A stretch of DNA of 22,697 nucleotides, taken from positions 62,001-84,697 of the forward strand of contig JBEWZL010000157.1 in assembly GCA_045837725.1 (NCBI GenBank). Direction: 5' to 3'. A program made the position numbers and the translations under genes. How positions within the stretch are numbered: position 1 is the first letter of the stretch; the number at the start of each line of letters is the position of its first letter. The notes below the pieces were generated by a model that was not told the DNA's origin, did not search any database, and saw only the letters and a program-made list of their open reading frames with translations. Shown in pieces: positions 21,692 through 22,697 of this stretch. The stretch is from Vermamoeba vermiformis (taxonomy: Eukaryota).

Positions 21692-21711
21692 TAAAGTGCT
21701 CTACGGTAATT

Positions 21712-22126
21712 TAAAAAAATTTACTTTTTTGCGAAGTTGCTATTTTTGGTACCAAGTTGGTAGCAAGTTGTTACCGACTTGTTCCGGCGAGCTTCCTCGC
21801 ACTTCTTTGCAGCTGAAACAAGTGGATAGCAGTGGAGGGGTACTGTGTACACTACTATCCACTTGTTCTAGCTTGAACGGAGGTGTTTTTTTGTTGTTTC
21901 AAAGTTGCTACGAAGTTGCACTGCAGCAGGAACTTTCGTAGGTAACTTCTGTGCGAGCTTCCACGAAGAGCTGCGGAGTTCGCGCCAACGGCTTGCAGTA
22001 ATACCACTGCAATGGACACTGCAACGGAAGTCGCCAGCTCAAAATACTGCCGTTAAAAAAAATCTATTTTTGGTTCAAGTTGCTTACAACTTCGTAGGAA
22101 CTTTTGCTGAAAAGTAAATTTGTTTA
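21712..22126. repeat. Subtelomeric foldback/MITE-like element with degenerate internal repeats
   Basis: Imperfect ~31-bp inverted ends (TAAAAAAATTTACTTTTTTGCGAAGTTGCTA vs reverse complement TAAACAAATTTACTTTTCAGCAAAAGTTCCTA), recurring AAGTTGCT motif, and an internal 24-bp hairpin. Confidence 0.5.
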
Positions 22127-22682
22127 TTTTAGCGAAGAACGCTTTATGTGTTCCTCTCACTGCAAAAAGTTGCCTTTTTTTCTTGGAAATGACTATCTGT
22201 ACATTGTCATTCATTGCAAGCTGTAATTGGCAAAGCACCTTTTCCAGCTCTACTTTGTGTTGAAGAGTTGGTGGTGAAGGCCATTTCTTCATAAACCGAT
22301 TCTTTGAGTTCCATATTAAATGGACTGTCATCATGGATCAATCAATAGAGCCAAGGCTGACTATGAATGACTGGGAATGCTTGATAATTATTCCTTTTTT
22401 GGTTAAGAGATCCACAACTATTTTGTATTGAAAGAAATTGTTGTGGATTGAAGGAAATTTTGATTGAGCAACAGTTGAAGATATTTAAAGAATGACTCTT
22501 CACCGAATCCTCATAACGGCAGGTAAAATAAAAAGAAAAAATGGTAAAAAATTCTGTTTTTTATTTTATTCTTGTTGTTGCACGCCATGGGTTGTCCGTA
22601 ATGGAGCACTCTGGATAAATTGTAACGGTCACTTTAGAGATCTGTCACTGTTAATGCGTGCCGTTTGTCCACACACTCTTAT

Positions 22683-22697
22683 GGGTTAGGGTTAGGG
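22683..22697 (+). repeat. Telomeric repeat (TTAGGG)n, probable chromosome end
   Basis: Sequence terminates in GGGTTAGGGTTAGGG with the G-rich strand running 5'->3' toward the end. Only 2.5 units are visible. Confidence 0.75.

Noticed and set aside
22053-22689. Small ORFs in the distal subtelomere (22053-22334 minus, 22492-22689 plus)
   Set aside because: No recognisable motifs or consistent splice model. At most a decayed fragment.

Overview
Compact, intron-rich eukaryotic DNA, probably a free-living protist (species not determinable). Most introns are about 45-70 bp, GT..AG, with CTAAY-like branch points. The window ends in TTAGGG repeats, so it is likely a chromosome end. Left to right: a divergent Mo25-like gene; a small F-box gene with a C-terminal TM helix; a minus-strand EF-hand/Pro-rich/pseudokinase gene; two more F-box genes; a trifunctional purine gene with the unusual order GARS-GART-AIRS, head-to-head (186 bp) with an intact large PurL/FGAM synthase, so the pair encodes steps 2-5 of de novo purine synthesis; a pappalysin-like M43 metalloprotease; a 2023-bp pogo/Fot1-like DD35D transposon with 43-bp TIRs and TAA flanks; a subtelomeric foldback/repeat region; and the telomere. 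Gene models were spliced by hand. Up to four +1 frameshifts fall in homopolymer runs and probably reflect sequencing error.
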